Positions 45,721 through 54,040 of a stretch of DNA of 55,343 nucleotides are shown in pieces. The position numbers and the translations under genes are program-made. A model generated the notes under the pieces. It saw nothing but the letters and a program-made list of their open reading frames with translations. It did no database searches and had not been told where the DNA came from. Position 1 is the first letter of the stretch, and the number at the start of each line of letters is the position of its first letter. This DNA comes from Clostridia bacterium (GTDB lineage Bacteria; Bacillota; Clostridia; Peptostreptococcales; Anaerovoracaceae), in assembly GCA_024403065.1 (NCBI GenBank), contig JAKSSM010000001.1, positions 1 to 55,343 of the forward strand, read 5' to 3'.

Positions 45721-45737
45721 TTGGCACGGTTCTTGCT
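45721..45737 (+). promoter_or_regulatory. Sigma-54 (-24/-12) promoter
   Basis: TTGGCAC-GGTTC-TTGCT matches the TGGCAC-N5-TTGC consensus. 52 nt upstream of ATG 45789. Confidence 0.85.
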
Positions 45738-45788
45738 ATATATATGAGTGTTATTATAAAAAAATATAGTTATTAAAGGAGATTGAAA

Positions 45789-46715
45789 ATGGCTATTAAA
45801 AATGTATTAGTTGCTGGTGGCGGACTTATGGGAAGCAACATCGCTTTCCTCTGTGCAGCTATCAAGGACCGTGAAGTTACAGTATATGACAAGTTCCCAG
45901 TTGATCTTGCAGCAAAGATCAGAATCAACACAAAGGAACTTATTGAACACGAAGTAATCACTGAAGAAGAAGTTCTTGAAAGAATGTCAAGAATCCACTT
46001 CACTCAGGATATCGATTCTGAAGGCGTTAAGAATGCTGACATCGTTATCGAAGCAGTATTTGAAGACGTTAAGGTTAAGCAGGATACTTATGAACTTCTT
46101 GAATCAAGAGTTCGTCCAGACTGTATCATCTGTACAAACTCATCAGTAATGAGCCCATCAATGTTATCAGAAAAGATGGCTCACAGAGAAAGATTCATCG
46201 GAACTCACTTCTGGAACCCAGCTCACCTTATTCCACTTGTAGAAGTTATCAAGACTGACGCTACTACTCAGGAAGTTGCTGACACAGTTATGGCATTTAT
46301 GGCTGAAATCGGCAAGAAGCCATGTCTCTGCAAGAAGGACGTACCAGGCTTCATCGCTAACAGACTTCAGCACGCATTATGGAGAGAAGCTATCTCCATC
46401 GTTGAAAACGGAATCGCTGATGCTGCTACAGTTGACTCAGCTATCCAGAACTCATTCGGTTTAAGACTTCCACAGCTCCCAGTACTTGTTAACTCAGACT
46501 TAGTAGGTACAGACCTTACATTAAGCATCCACAACACAGTACTTAAGGCAATCGAAGATTCCCACGAACCATCACCACTTCTTCAGCAGATGATCGACGA
46601 AGGAAAGATGGGATTCAAGAGCAACAAGGGATTCTATGACTGGACAGATGAATCAAAGGCTAAGGTTAGCGCTGACCTTAACACTTACTTAATCAAGATG
46701 GTATACGGAAAGTAA
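45789..46715 (+). CDS. 3-hydroxyacyl-CoA dehydrogenase family NAD-dependent dehydrogenase (L-carnitine/3-hydroxyacid dehydrogenase-like)
   Basis: Rossmann VAGGGLMGSNIA, HFWNPAHLIPLVE and PGFIANRLQ motifs. AAGGAG RBS before ATG 45789. Confidence 0.85.
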   Translation: MAIKNVLVAGGGLMGSNIAFLCAAIKDREVTVYDKFPVDLAAKIRINTKELIEHEVITEEEVLERMSRIHFTQDIDSEGVKNADIVIEAVFEDVKVKQDTYELLESRVRPDCIICTNSSVMSPSMLSEKMAHRERFIGTHFWNPAHLIPLVEVIKTDATTQEVADTVMAFMAEIGKKPCLCKKDVPGFIANRLQHALWREAISIVENGIADAATVDSAIQNSFGLRLPQLPVLVNSDLVGTDLTLSIHNTVLKAIEDSHEPSPLLQQMIDEGKMGFKSNKGFYDWTDESKAKVSADLNTYLIKMVYGK

Positions 46716-46758
46716 TTCAAGTTATTAGTAATTTTAAATAAATGGAGGAAATTTAATC

Positions 46759-47616
46759 ATGGGCGACTTAAAGAATAAGAGAATTATTACAATCGCTACA
46801 ACAGGTGCTTGGCCAAAGAAGGAAAACAACCCTAACGTACCAATGACACCAGCTGAAATCTCAGAAGATATTTATGACTGCTGGAAGGCAGGCGCAGCTA
46901 TGGCTCATATCCACATGAGAGATGACAACGGAAACGGAACTATGGACCACAACAAGTTCAGAGAAACTATGGAACTCCTTAGAACTAACCACCCAGACTG
47001 CGACATCATCATCAACATGACAACTTCTGGAGATATCTATGCTACAGATGAAACAAGAGTTCAGCACGTTAAGGAATTAAAGCCTGAAATGGCTTCCTAT
47101 GACTGCGGATCAATGAACTGGTTAAATACAGCATTATTCCTTAACACTCCACAGTTCCTTGAAATGTGTGCTAAGGTATTCGATGAAACTGGAACAAAGC
47201 CAGAAATCGAAGCATTTGACCCTGGTATGATCGGAAACGCTGCTTACTATGTAAAGAAGGGCGTTCTTCACACTCCACTTCACTTCCAGTTCTGCATGGG
47301 TTGCGCAAACGGAATCCCTGGTTCACTCAAGAACCTTCTCTTCATGAAGGAAACTGCTGATACATTAATCGGTAAGGGCAACTACACTTGGTCATGCTTC
47401 GGTGTTGGTCACTCAGCAATGGAAATCATGTATGCTGCTATCGCTATGGGCGGAAACATCAGAGTTGGTATGGAAGACAACGTAATGTACTCAAAGGGTA
47501 AGCTTGCTGACTCCAACAGACAGTTCGTTGAAAGAGCTAAGAGAGTAATCGAAGAATTCGGTTGCGAAGTAGCTACACCAGATGAAGCTAGAGAAATTCT
47601 TGGCTTAAAGAAATAG
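46759..47616 (+). CDS. BKACE family enzyme (3-keto-5-aminohexanoate cleavage enzyme-like, DUF849)
   Basis: IITIATTGAWPKK...PMTPAEI...AGAAMAHIHMRD is the characteristic BKACE N-terminus. 285 aa TIM-barrel size. Confidence 0.85.
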   Translation: MGDLKNKRIITIATTGAWPKKENNPNVPMTPAEISEDIYDCWKAGAAMAHIHMRDDNGNGTMDHNKFRETMELLRTNHPDCDIIINMTTSGDIYATDETRVQHVKELKPEMASYDCGSMNWLNTALFLNTPQFLEMCAKVFDETGTKPEIEAFDPGMIGNAAYYVKKGVLHTPLHFQFCMGCANGIPGSLKNLLFMKETADTLIGKGNYTWSCFGVGHSAMEIMYAAIAMGGNIRVGMEDNVMYSKGKLADSNRQFVERAKRVIEEFGCEVATPDEAREILGLKK

Positions 47617-47695
47617 TTGAAAGCTGAAAAGGCTTTTAAAGCCTTTTCAGTTATCATATAGGTATTATTTTTATTTTTTGAAAGGAGATTTTCAA

Positions 47696-49072
47696 ATGTC
47701 TAACACAAAGGCAAAAGAAAAGGGAAGTATCCTTTGGAGAATTTCAAAGAAGTTCCAGTATGCTGCAGACAGAATCATTCCTGATTCACTCGTATTCTGT
47801 TTATTACTTACTTTCCTCGTATTCGTACTCGCACTTATCTTTGCAGACCACAATCCTTTAAACCTCGTTGTTGCTTGGTGGGGTGGATTATGGACTCAGA
47901 ACAGCTTCGCATTCCAGATGGGTATCATGGTAATTGTATGTGCTACATGCGCTAAGGCACCTCAGGTAAAGAAGGTTATGAACAAGATCGCTGCTACAGC
48001 TAAGACTCCAGTTGCTGCTATGGTACTCCTCGTAGTATTCGGTATGGTAACAAGCTTCATTAACTGGGCATTCTGTACAGTAGTAGGCGCACTCTTCGCT
48101 ATGTACCTCGCTAAGAACGTAAGAGGAACGCACTACACTTGTATGACTTTCGGTCAGTGTCTTGGACCTACAGCATCAGTTTACTCATTACTTAACACTC
48201 CTGGTAACTTCACAATCACTCAGGGATTCTTCAACGACATCATTTCACAGAGCGTATCAGTTTACAACCCACACAACTTAATCGTATGGTGCACATTCGC
48301 TCTTATCCTTATCCTCGTTGCAGTATTCACAAAACCACCTGAAGCTGAAATCGTTGAACTTAAGACTGCTCTTGACGAAGAAGACGTTAACTTCGACGTA
48401 ACTGAAAAGGAAACTCCAGCTGACAAGATGAACGGTGGAAAGGTATTCATGTACATCATCGGACTCATGGGTATCGTAGTACTCGCTCAGCAGTTCATCA
48501 CAAAGGGATTCATGGGAGCTCTTTCAATGACCCTCATCATCCTTCTCTTCATCACAATCAACTGCTTCCTTTACAAGACTCCTAGAGCATTCATCGAAGC
48601 TCACAAGGTTAACATGTCACTTGCATGTGAAATCATTCTTCAGTTCCCATTCTACGGTGGTATCATGGGAATCATGCAGGATTCAGGACTTGCTGCTATC
48701 GTAGTAGCAGGTATCGTAAAGCTTGCTTCAGCAGCTACACTTCCAATCTGGTCATTCGTTTCAGCATGTGCTGTAAACCTCTTCATCCCATCACAGGGCG
48801 GCCAGTTCGTAATTCAGGGACCATTACTCCTTCAGGCAGCTGAACAGCTTGGTGCTAACAAGATCGACGTTATCAACGCATTCGTATATGGTGACGAATG
48901 TACAAACCTCCTTCAGCCACTTTACCTCATCCCAATGCTCGCAGTAGTAAAGATGAAGTTAAAGGACGCTTGGGGTATGTGCGCATTCGTATGCGTATTC
49001 TGGGCAGTTGTAGTAGTTCTTGGCTACTTAATCGTTCCAGCACTCGTTCCTTGGACTCCAATCTTACCATAA
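47696..49072 (+). CDS. atoE: Short-chain fatty acid transporter (AtoE/TIGR00366 family)
   Basis: Collinear with E. coli AtoE motifs (IPDSLVF, FINWAF, QFPFYGGIMGIM, PSQGGQFVIQGP). AAAGGAG RBS before ATG 47696. Confidence 0.8.
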   Translation: MSNTKAKEKGSILWRISKKFQYAADRIIPDSLVFCLLLTFLVFVLALIFADHNPLNLVVAWWGGLWTQNSFAFQMGIMVIVCATCAKAPQVKKVMNKIAATAKTPVAAMVLLVVFGMVTSFINWAFCTVVGALFAMYLAKNVRGTHYTCMTFGQCLGPTASVYSLLNTPGNFTITQGFFNDIISQSVSVYNPHNLIVWCTFALILILVAVFTKPPEAEIVELKTALDEEDVNFDVTEKETPADKMNGGKVFMYIIGLMGIVVLAQQFITKGFMGALSMTLIILLFITINCFLYKTPRAFIEAHKVNMSLACEIILQFPFYGGIMGIMQDSGLAAIVVAGIVKLASAATLPIWSFVSACAVNLFIPSQGGQFVIQGPLLLQAAEQLGANKIDVINAFVYGDECTNLLQPLYLIPMLAVVKMKLKDAWGMCAFVCVFWAVVVVLGYLIVPALVPWTPILP

Positions 49073-49110
49073 TGGTAATTTAGCTTAGAGTTAAAATATT
49101 CTGATTTATT

Positions 49111-49140
49111 GTGGGTATGGATTTTCCATACCCACTTTAT
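49111..49140 (+). terminator. Rho-independent terminator
   Basis: Perfect 10-bp stem GTGGGTATGG / CCATACCCAC with loop ATTTT, then TTTAT. Confidence 0.7.
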
Positions 49141-49161
49141 CAATTACAAAAAGGAGATAAT

Positions 49162-49632
49162 ATGTCTAAAAGCGAAGAAAGAAAGCCGCTTCCAAAATAC
49201 ACATATGTAATTGTTGCTGTAATGGCAGTAGTATTTGTTGTGCGACTTTTCATGCCTGCAAATTTCGGCACTACTTTTGACAAGATTGGACTTGATGCAA
49301 AAGAGATTACAGTTACTGCAATTGATGATGAAAAGAGTTATGCATCCTATGGCACAAATGTAAAAAGTGATGTTGATGAATTCAGAGATTTCCTTTCAGG
49401 ATGGAAACTGAGATATGCAACGCTTGCTGATACAATGAAGCTTAATGGAACTACAGGAATCACAAAGTATTCATTCCTTGTAATTTCAAATGAAGGTACA
49501 TACTATTCAATGTCTATCGATACACGTGGCTATGTGCTCATAGGAACTGCAGCATACAAGATTGCAGGAGACAAGGCACAGTTCATCACTGAAATGGCCG
49601 ACAGAATGAGCAAATGGACATATATTAAATAA
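49162..49632 (+). CDS. Membrane-anchored hypothetical protein
   Basis: AAGGAG RBS before ATG 49162 (the track GTG 49111 lies in the terminator hairpin). One N-terminal TM. Confidence 0.5.
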   Translation: MSKSEERKPLPKYTYVIVAVMAVVFVVRLFMPANFGTTFDKIGLDAKEITVTAIDDEKSYASYGTNVKSDVDEFRDFLSGWKLRYATLADTMKLNGTTGITKYSFLVISNEGTYYSMSIDTRGYVLIGTAAYKIAGDKAQFITEMADRMSKWTYIK

Positions 49633-49650
49633 GGAAGAAGGTAAGTAGAA

Positions 49651-49842
49651 ATGACTTGGGGACCTCAGATGATGTGCTATATCTGTCCTGAATGTGGACA
49701 GAAATTCAAGTATGAACTTGGTTTACTCAATGAGCTTGGACCTGAATTTGGAACATGTCCAAAATGTGGTGCTGAAGGAAAGCTTGATCATGATGGACCA
49801 AGAAGAAAAGAAGACGAAGACTTCGTAGAAGTACTCGGCTAG
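49651..49842 (+). CDS. Small zinc-ribbon protein (63 aa)
   Basis: Two CxxC pairs, CPECG...CPKCG. Confidence 0.5.
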   Translation: MTWGPQMMCYICPECGQKFKYELGLLNELGPEFGTCPKCGAEGKLDHDGPRRKEDEDFVEVLG

Positions 49843-49853
49843 GACTTTTGTCT

Positions 49854-49878
49854 GCACGCATATTTGCGTGCTTTTTTA
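49854..49878 (+). terminator. Rho-independent terminator
   Basis: GCACGCA-TATT-TGCGTGC followed by TTTTTT. Confidence 0.8.
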
Positions 49879-49953
49879 TTGTCCTAGGATAAAAGCTATA
49901 GCATTTTTGTCTGTAATGATATAGAATGAATTTGTTTCAACGGAGGTATACTT

Positions 49954-50487
49954 ATGAAGAAAATTATTTCAGTTATTATGGTTTTTGTAATAATCCTTTC
50001 TTTTGCTGCATGTGGCGGAAGTGGAAGTGGCGGAAACGACAATGGTGGAAGCAATGCTTCTAATAACAGTTCAACTGGAGGAGCAAAGACATACAGCATG
50101 GAAAACTATATTATCATGCATAAGGCAGATGGCGGTACAAGTGAAATGGCAGATCTTTCAGTAATCGGAGATAAAGCTGAAGACTGGACGCTTTATATTG
50201 ACGCAGAGTTCAAGACATTCAAGCTTACACATCTTGACAGATCACTTACTGGTACTCTTGTGGAAGATAAAACTATTGCTGAACAGGCAAAGGCTGACAA
50301 GGCATATGCTGTTTCCTTTGACAGTTTCAGTGCTGATTTCTTCCACTGCACTTTTGACAATGCAAGCCTTAAGAATCAGTATCTTCTGATAGGGGATGGA
50401 GCCCTTACATTTACTGCAGTTATAGGATATCAGTACTATGGCGGATATGATGTTACTGAAAGAAACATGCTGATTTTTAATGAATAG
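49954..50487 (+). CDS. Hypothetical lipoprotein
   Basis: Lipobox FAAC followed by a Gly/Ser/Asn-rich linker. GGAGG RBS. Confidence 0.6.
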   Translation: MKKIISVIMVFVIILSFAACGGSGSGGNDNGGSNASNNSSTGGAKTYSMENYIIMHKADGGTSEMADLSVIGDKAEDWTLYIDAEFKTFKLTHLDRSLTGTLVEDKTIAEQAKADKAYAVSFDSFSADFFHCTFDNASLKNQYLLIGDGALTFTAVIGYQYYGGYDVTERNMLIFNE

Positions 50488-50512
50488 AAAACAGCTGGTT
50501 ATCTGAAATCTA

Positions 50513-50547
50513 AAACACTCTTTACAGAAATGTAAAGAGTGTTTATT
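50513..50547 (+). terminator. Rho-independent terminator; left copy of a shared hairpin core ACACTCTTTAC...GTAAAGAGTGT
   Basis: Perfect 14-bp stem AAACACTCTTTACA / TGTAAAGAGTGTTT with loop GAAA. Confidence 0.75.
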
Positions 50548-50622
50548 GTCCTGTTTATTGTGCACTGAATTTGTGTATAATGAAAGAGATGTAAGAATAT
50601 GCAGATGAAAAGGAGCAGTGTG

Positions 50623-51294
50623 ATGGATAAATATAGCTTCGCAAAATGGGACGTGGAACTGATTCAAGAACCGAGAATACTTCTTGACAAACTGAAAATA
50701 TTCAATTTAAAAGGTAGAAAAATTAAAAGCATCCGCATACCAGGTTATGCATATGAACCATTTGATTCAATGCAGGATATTACTTGGACAGGCTGCTATG
50801 GTGAGTGTTCATTTAAGAAGTTTGAAGATGATTGTGAATTTAAGCGATATGTAGCAATTGATGGGTTGCTTATAATTACTTTTGAAGATGGTGACAGATT
50901 TGAGATTGAATACTCTGACGGCAGTACTCTTAAGATAGGACTTAGCAGTTTGCCAGAAAATATTGAGGACAATTTGTTTATACCAAATGCAAATATGAAT
51001 ATTATATTTTCAAACTGTCTTGGAGAGTGCATAACTGGTTTTGAGATTACAATGCAGAGCGAACCTGAAATGTCGTATTATTTTACTGAAAAATATGGAT
51101 ATGTTTTGCCAGATGGCCTGGATGCATATATCGGTGGGTTAAAATTACTTTTAACAAACAGAAAAAGCATTGTTTTTAAAAGTTCTGATGGGTATAGTGA
51201 GATATATTGTGAAGATAACGAAAAAATAGCAAAGATTGCCTGGAGCGAGCTCAAGCATGCAATCATAGAACCTAAGAAAAATGTGTTGAAATAG
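50623..51294 (+). CDS. Hypothetical protein (223 aa)
   Basis: AAAGGAG RBS 8 nt before ATG 50623. AAA/TTG/TTA-rich codon use unlike the neighbouring core genes. No family recognised. Confidence 0.5.
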   Translation: MDKYSFAKWDVELIQEPRILLDKLKIFNLKGRKIKSIRIPGYAYEPFDSMQDITWTGCYGECSFKKFEDDCEFKRYVAIDGLLIITFEDGDRFEIEYSDGSTLKIGLSSLPENIEDNLFIPNANMNIIFSNCLGECITGFEITMQSEPEMSYYFTEKYGYVLPDGLDAYIGGLKLLLTNRKSIVFKSSDGYSEIYCEDNEKIAKIAWSELKHAIIEPKKNVLK

Positions 51295-51296
51295 AA

Positions 51297-51331
51297 GAAA
51301 AACATCCATTTAATGCGATGGATGTTTTTTT
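51297..51331. terminator. Bidirectional terminator between convergent genes
   Basis: AAAAACATCCAT-TTAATGCG-ATGGATGTTTTT. Confidence 0.75.
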
Positions 51332-51354
51332 ATCTGCAACTATTTACTTAAAGA

Positions 51355-52167
51355 CTAGAACCACTCATCATCGTCATCATCCCCAAAAAGGATGTCTGCA
51401 ACTTCCATATTGTATGCATCATCTTCCGGATATTCTGAGAAGATTGGATCCCCACCTTTTTGTGTATTACTGTTATTCCTTTTTTCATCCTGCTGATTTT
51501 CACGTGCATTATATAGTGTTTCTCTGAAAACTGCAGTAAGATATTCAATTCCAGGGTCTATCTTAGTGGATGTATGTCCTCCTGCTGTACTGCGTTTTTT
51601 AGTACTTACAGTTTCTGTTCTGTTTTCTTTCTTAGGTGGACGTACAAATTCTGTTTTTGGAAGTGTACTTATGCTATATGAGATAGAGAATATTATTAAC
51701 CCTGGAATCCCAAGGGTAAGAATACTTATAAAGAACCAGCCGACAGGAGACCAGTTTCTTTTTCGTGCACAATATGCTGTAATCAGTGAGAATACCCATA
51801 CTACGAAAACAAAGATAAGGTACAAATTGGGTGATTTGTCTTCGTTGGGTGCTGCTACCATTGCAAAGAGTATAAACATTGGTAAAACTGCTGCTAGTCC
51901 CCAGATAAATCCCATATAGCCTTTTTTTGACATGTACAGTCCTATTAGCTCAGGAACAATAAGGACTGACAGAAGTACAAAGGCTTCCAAATCATGCTGA
52001 TACAGGAAAAGAAGAACAAATGGAGAATCCAATGCACCGAAAACAGCCCATTCCCATGGGGTTCCACCTGTTTTCTTTGCAAAATAAGCAGAAACCCCTG
52101 CGCAGGCTATGACAACAGGCATAAGCATAATGCATAAAGATATGATTGTAACAGTTTTTTCTGACAT
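51355..52167 (-). CDS. Hypothetical polytopic membrane protein with acidic C-terminal tail (...GDDDDDEWF)
   Basis: 270 aa, about 6 TM, then an about 90-aa hydrophilic tail. No family recognised. Confidence 0.5.
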   Translation of the reverse strand: MSEKTVTIISLCIMLMPVVIACAGVSAYFAKKTGGTPWEWAVFGALDSPFVLLFLYQHDLEAFVLLSVLIVPELIGLYMSKKGYMGFIWGLAAVLPMFILFAMVAAPNEDKSPNLYLIFVFVVWVFSLITAYCARKRNWSPVGWFFISILTLGIPGLIIFSISYSISTLPKTEFVRPPKKENRTETVSTKKRSTAGGHTSTKIDPGIEYLTAVFRETLYNARENQQDEKRNNSNTQKGGDPIFSEYPEDDAYNMEVADILFGDDDDDEWF

Positions 52168-52224
52168 GATTTTATCCCTCTTTATGGATATAGGATAGAA
52201 TAATAGAGAGTGTTTTGCAATATA

Positions 52225-52258
52225 TAAAAAACACTCTTTACGTATTGGTAAAGAGTGT
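52225..52258 (-). terminator. Rho-independent terminator (minus strand); right copy of the shared hairpin core
   Basis: 11-bp stem ACACTCTTTAC / GTAAAGAGTGT with loop GTATTG. T-run on the minus strand (A-run 52225-52230). Confidence 0.75.
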
Positions 52259-52266
52259 CATTTTAT

Positions 52267-52830
52267 TTAAGCAAGGGTTTTATCATAAACTGCGCGTTCA
52301 CCACCAATAAATTTAGGGCGGACTCTTGCACATACAAGATGAGCATTTCCAATAGAGCTTATGCTTAAACGTACAGGAACTGCAACATCCTTAAGGTGCA
52401 TACCAATAAGTGTATCACCAATATCCATTCCAGCATCTGCTTTTATATGTTCGACTGCAACAGGATTATCCATAAATCTGTATGCCATAGTTGCAAATGA
52501 ACCTCCAGCCTTTGGCTGTGGTACAACATTTACTGCTTCATAATTTCTAATATCTGCTGCAGTTCTTTCGAGAATCAGTGCTCTGTTCAGATGTTCACAG
52601 CACTGCGCTGCAAGGAAAATCTTCTTTTCCTTTACTGCTCTATAGATTCCATGAAATACTTTTTCTGCAAGTTCCGGTTTTGAATTTGAACCTATCTTTG
52701 TACCGAGGATTTCAGAAGTTGAACATCCGACAACAAGGAGGTCACCTTCCTTAAGTTTTGCAGTTTCAATAAGTTCAGAGGTTGCAGTATAAGCCTGATT
52801 TTCTAATATTTCTTCTGTAATTTCATTCAT
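52267..52830 (-). CDS. UPF0340 / TIGR01440 (DUF436) family protein
   Basis: ...GDLLVVGCSTSEILGTKIG... and overall length match the YwlG-like family. Confidence 0.7.
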   Translation of the reverse strand: MNEITEEILENQAYTATSELIETAKLKEGDLLVVGCSTSEILGTKIGSNSKPELAEKVFHGIYRAVKEKKIFLAAQCCEHLNRALILERTAADIRNYEAVNVVPQPKAGGSFATMAYRFMDNPVAVEHIKADAGMDIGDTLIGMHLKDVAVPVRLSISSIGNAHLVCARVRPKFIGGERAVYDKTLA

Positions 52831-52859
52831 TTTACTGTTCCAATCTTATGGCAGGAAAA

Positions 52860-53882
52860 CTACTTTTCCCAGCTTACCATATCTCTTGTTATTTCCTTAA
52901 GGGAGTGTGCTCCACACATTGCCATAGCGTCAGCAAGTTCATCCTGGAGCTTCTTTGTGTAGGCTTCAATTCCATCATAATTTCCACCATAGAGTGCAAC
53001 TACATATGGACGACCAATCAGAACTGCATCTGCACCTAAGGCTAAAGCACGGAATACATCAAGACCTGATCTTATTCCACCATCTATGAATATCTTCATG
53101 GAGCCTCCAACTGCTTCCTTTATTTCTTCAAGGACTGATGCAGTAGGTGCGCATCCGTCAAGAACACGTCCGCCGTGGTTTGATACAACTATACCAGCTG
53201 CTCCTGCTTCCTTTGCCTTTAAGGCACCTTTTACTGACATGATTCCTTTAATGATAAATGGTTTTCCTGCTGACTTTACAATTTCCTTCAGTTCATCAAC
53301 AGTTTTTGAACCTGCTGGTGGAGTAAGTCCCTTTAAGAATGGAAGTCCTGCAGCATCGATATCCATTGCAACTGCAAGTGAACCAGTTCCCTTGATCATA
53401 TCAAGCTTTTCCTTAAGGGTATTAACATCCCATGGCTTGACTGTTGGAATTCCTTTTCCGTTGGCAGCGCTTATGGCTTTAACTGCACCTTCCATAACCT
53501 TTGGGTTTACACCGTCTCCGGTAAATGCAGCAATACCTGACTTGGCACATCCTGAAACAAGGATGTCGTTATACTGAAGGTCATCATACTTATCTCCATA
53601 GTGGAGTTTCAGTGCTCCAACTGGTGCTGCAAACACTGGGAGTCTGAAAGATTCACCGAAAAGCTCAAATGCTGTATCTACTGGTATATTTTCACAGATG
53701 GTATCCATTACAAGGTTTACCTTCTGCCATTCTTCATAGTTCTTTACTGCTACTGTGCCGCTTCCTTTAGCCCCTGGTCCTGGCATTCTGTTTCCACAGG
53801 CTTTACCGTTACATACAGGGCAGGCCTTGCAGACAGGTCCCATATTTCCTCTTGCGTTTTCAAGTACTTCTTCAAATGTCAT
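52860..53882 (-). CDS. FMN-dependent alpha-hydroxy-acid oxidising enzyme family protein with N-terminal 4-Cys motif
   Basis: TIM-barrel FMN motifs (VSNHGGR, FIDGGIRSG, GADAVLIGRP). N-terminal CKACPVCNGKAC. Confidence 0.8.
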   Translation of the reverse strand: MTFEEVLENARGNMGPVCKACPVCNGKACGNRMPGPGAKGSGTVAVKNYEEWQKVNLVMDTICENIPVDTAFELFGESFRLPVFAAPVGALKLHYGDKYDDLQYNDILVSGCAKSGIAAFTGDGVNPKVMEGAVKAISAANGKGIPTVKPWDVNTLKEKLDMIKGTGSLAVAMDIDAAGLPFLKGLTPPAGSKTVDELKEIVKSAGKPFIIKGIMSVKGALKAKEAGAAGIVVSNHGGRVLDGCAPTASVLEEIKEAVGGSMKIFIDGGIRSGLDVFRALALGADAVLIGRPYVVALYGGNYDGIEAYTKKLQDELADAMAMCGAHSLKEITRDMVSWEK

Positions 53883-54040
53883 ATCTGTTCTCCTGAATTT
53901 TACTTAAGATAATGTAATTATACAGCATCTCCAGTTGTGGCGCAATTGGAATGCTCCTGGAGCCAGTTTTTTAAAGGTTTAAGGCACAAAAATAACCCTT
54001 CCGACAAATATATCGAAAGGGCAGTTTTGTTTCTTAAAAG

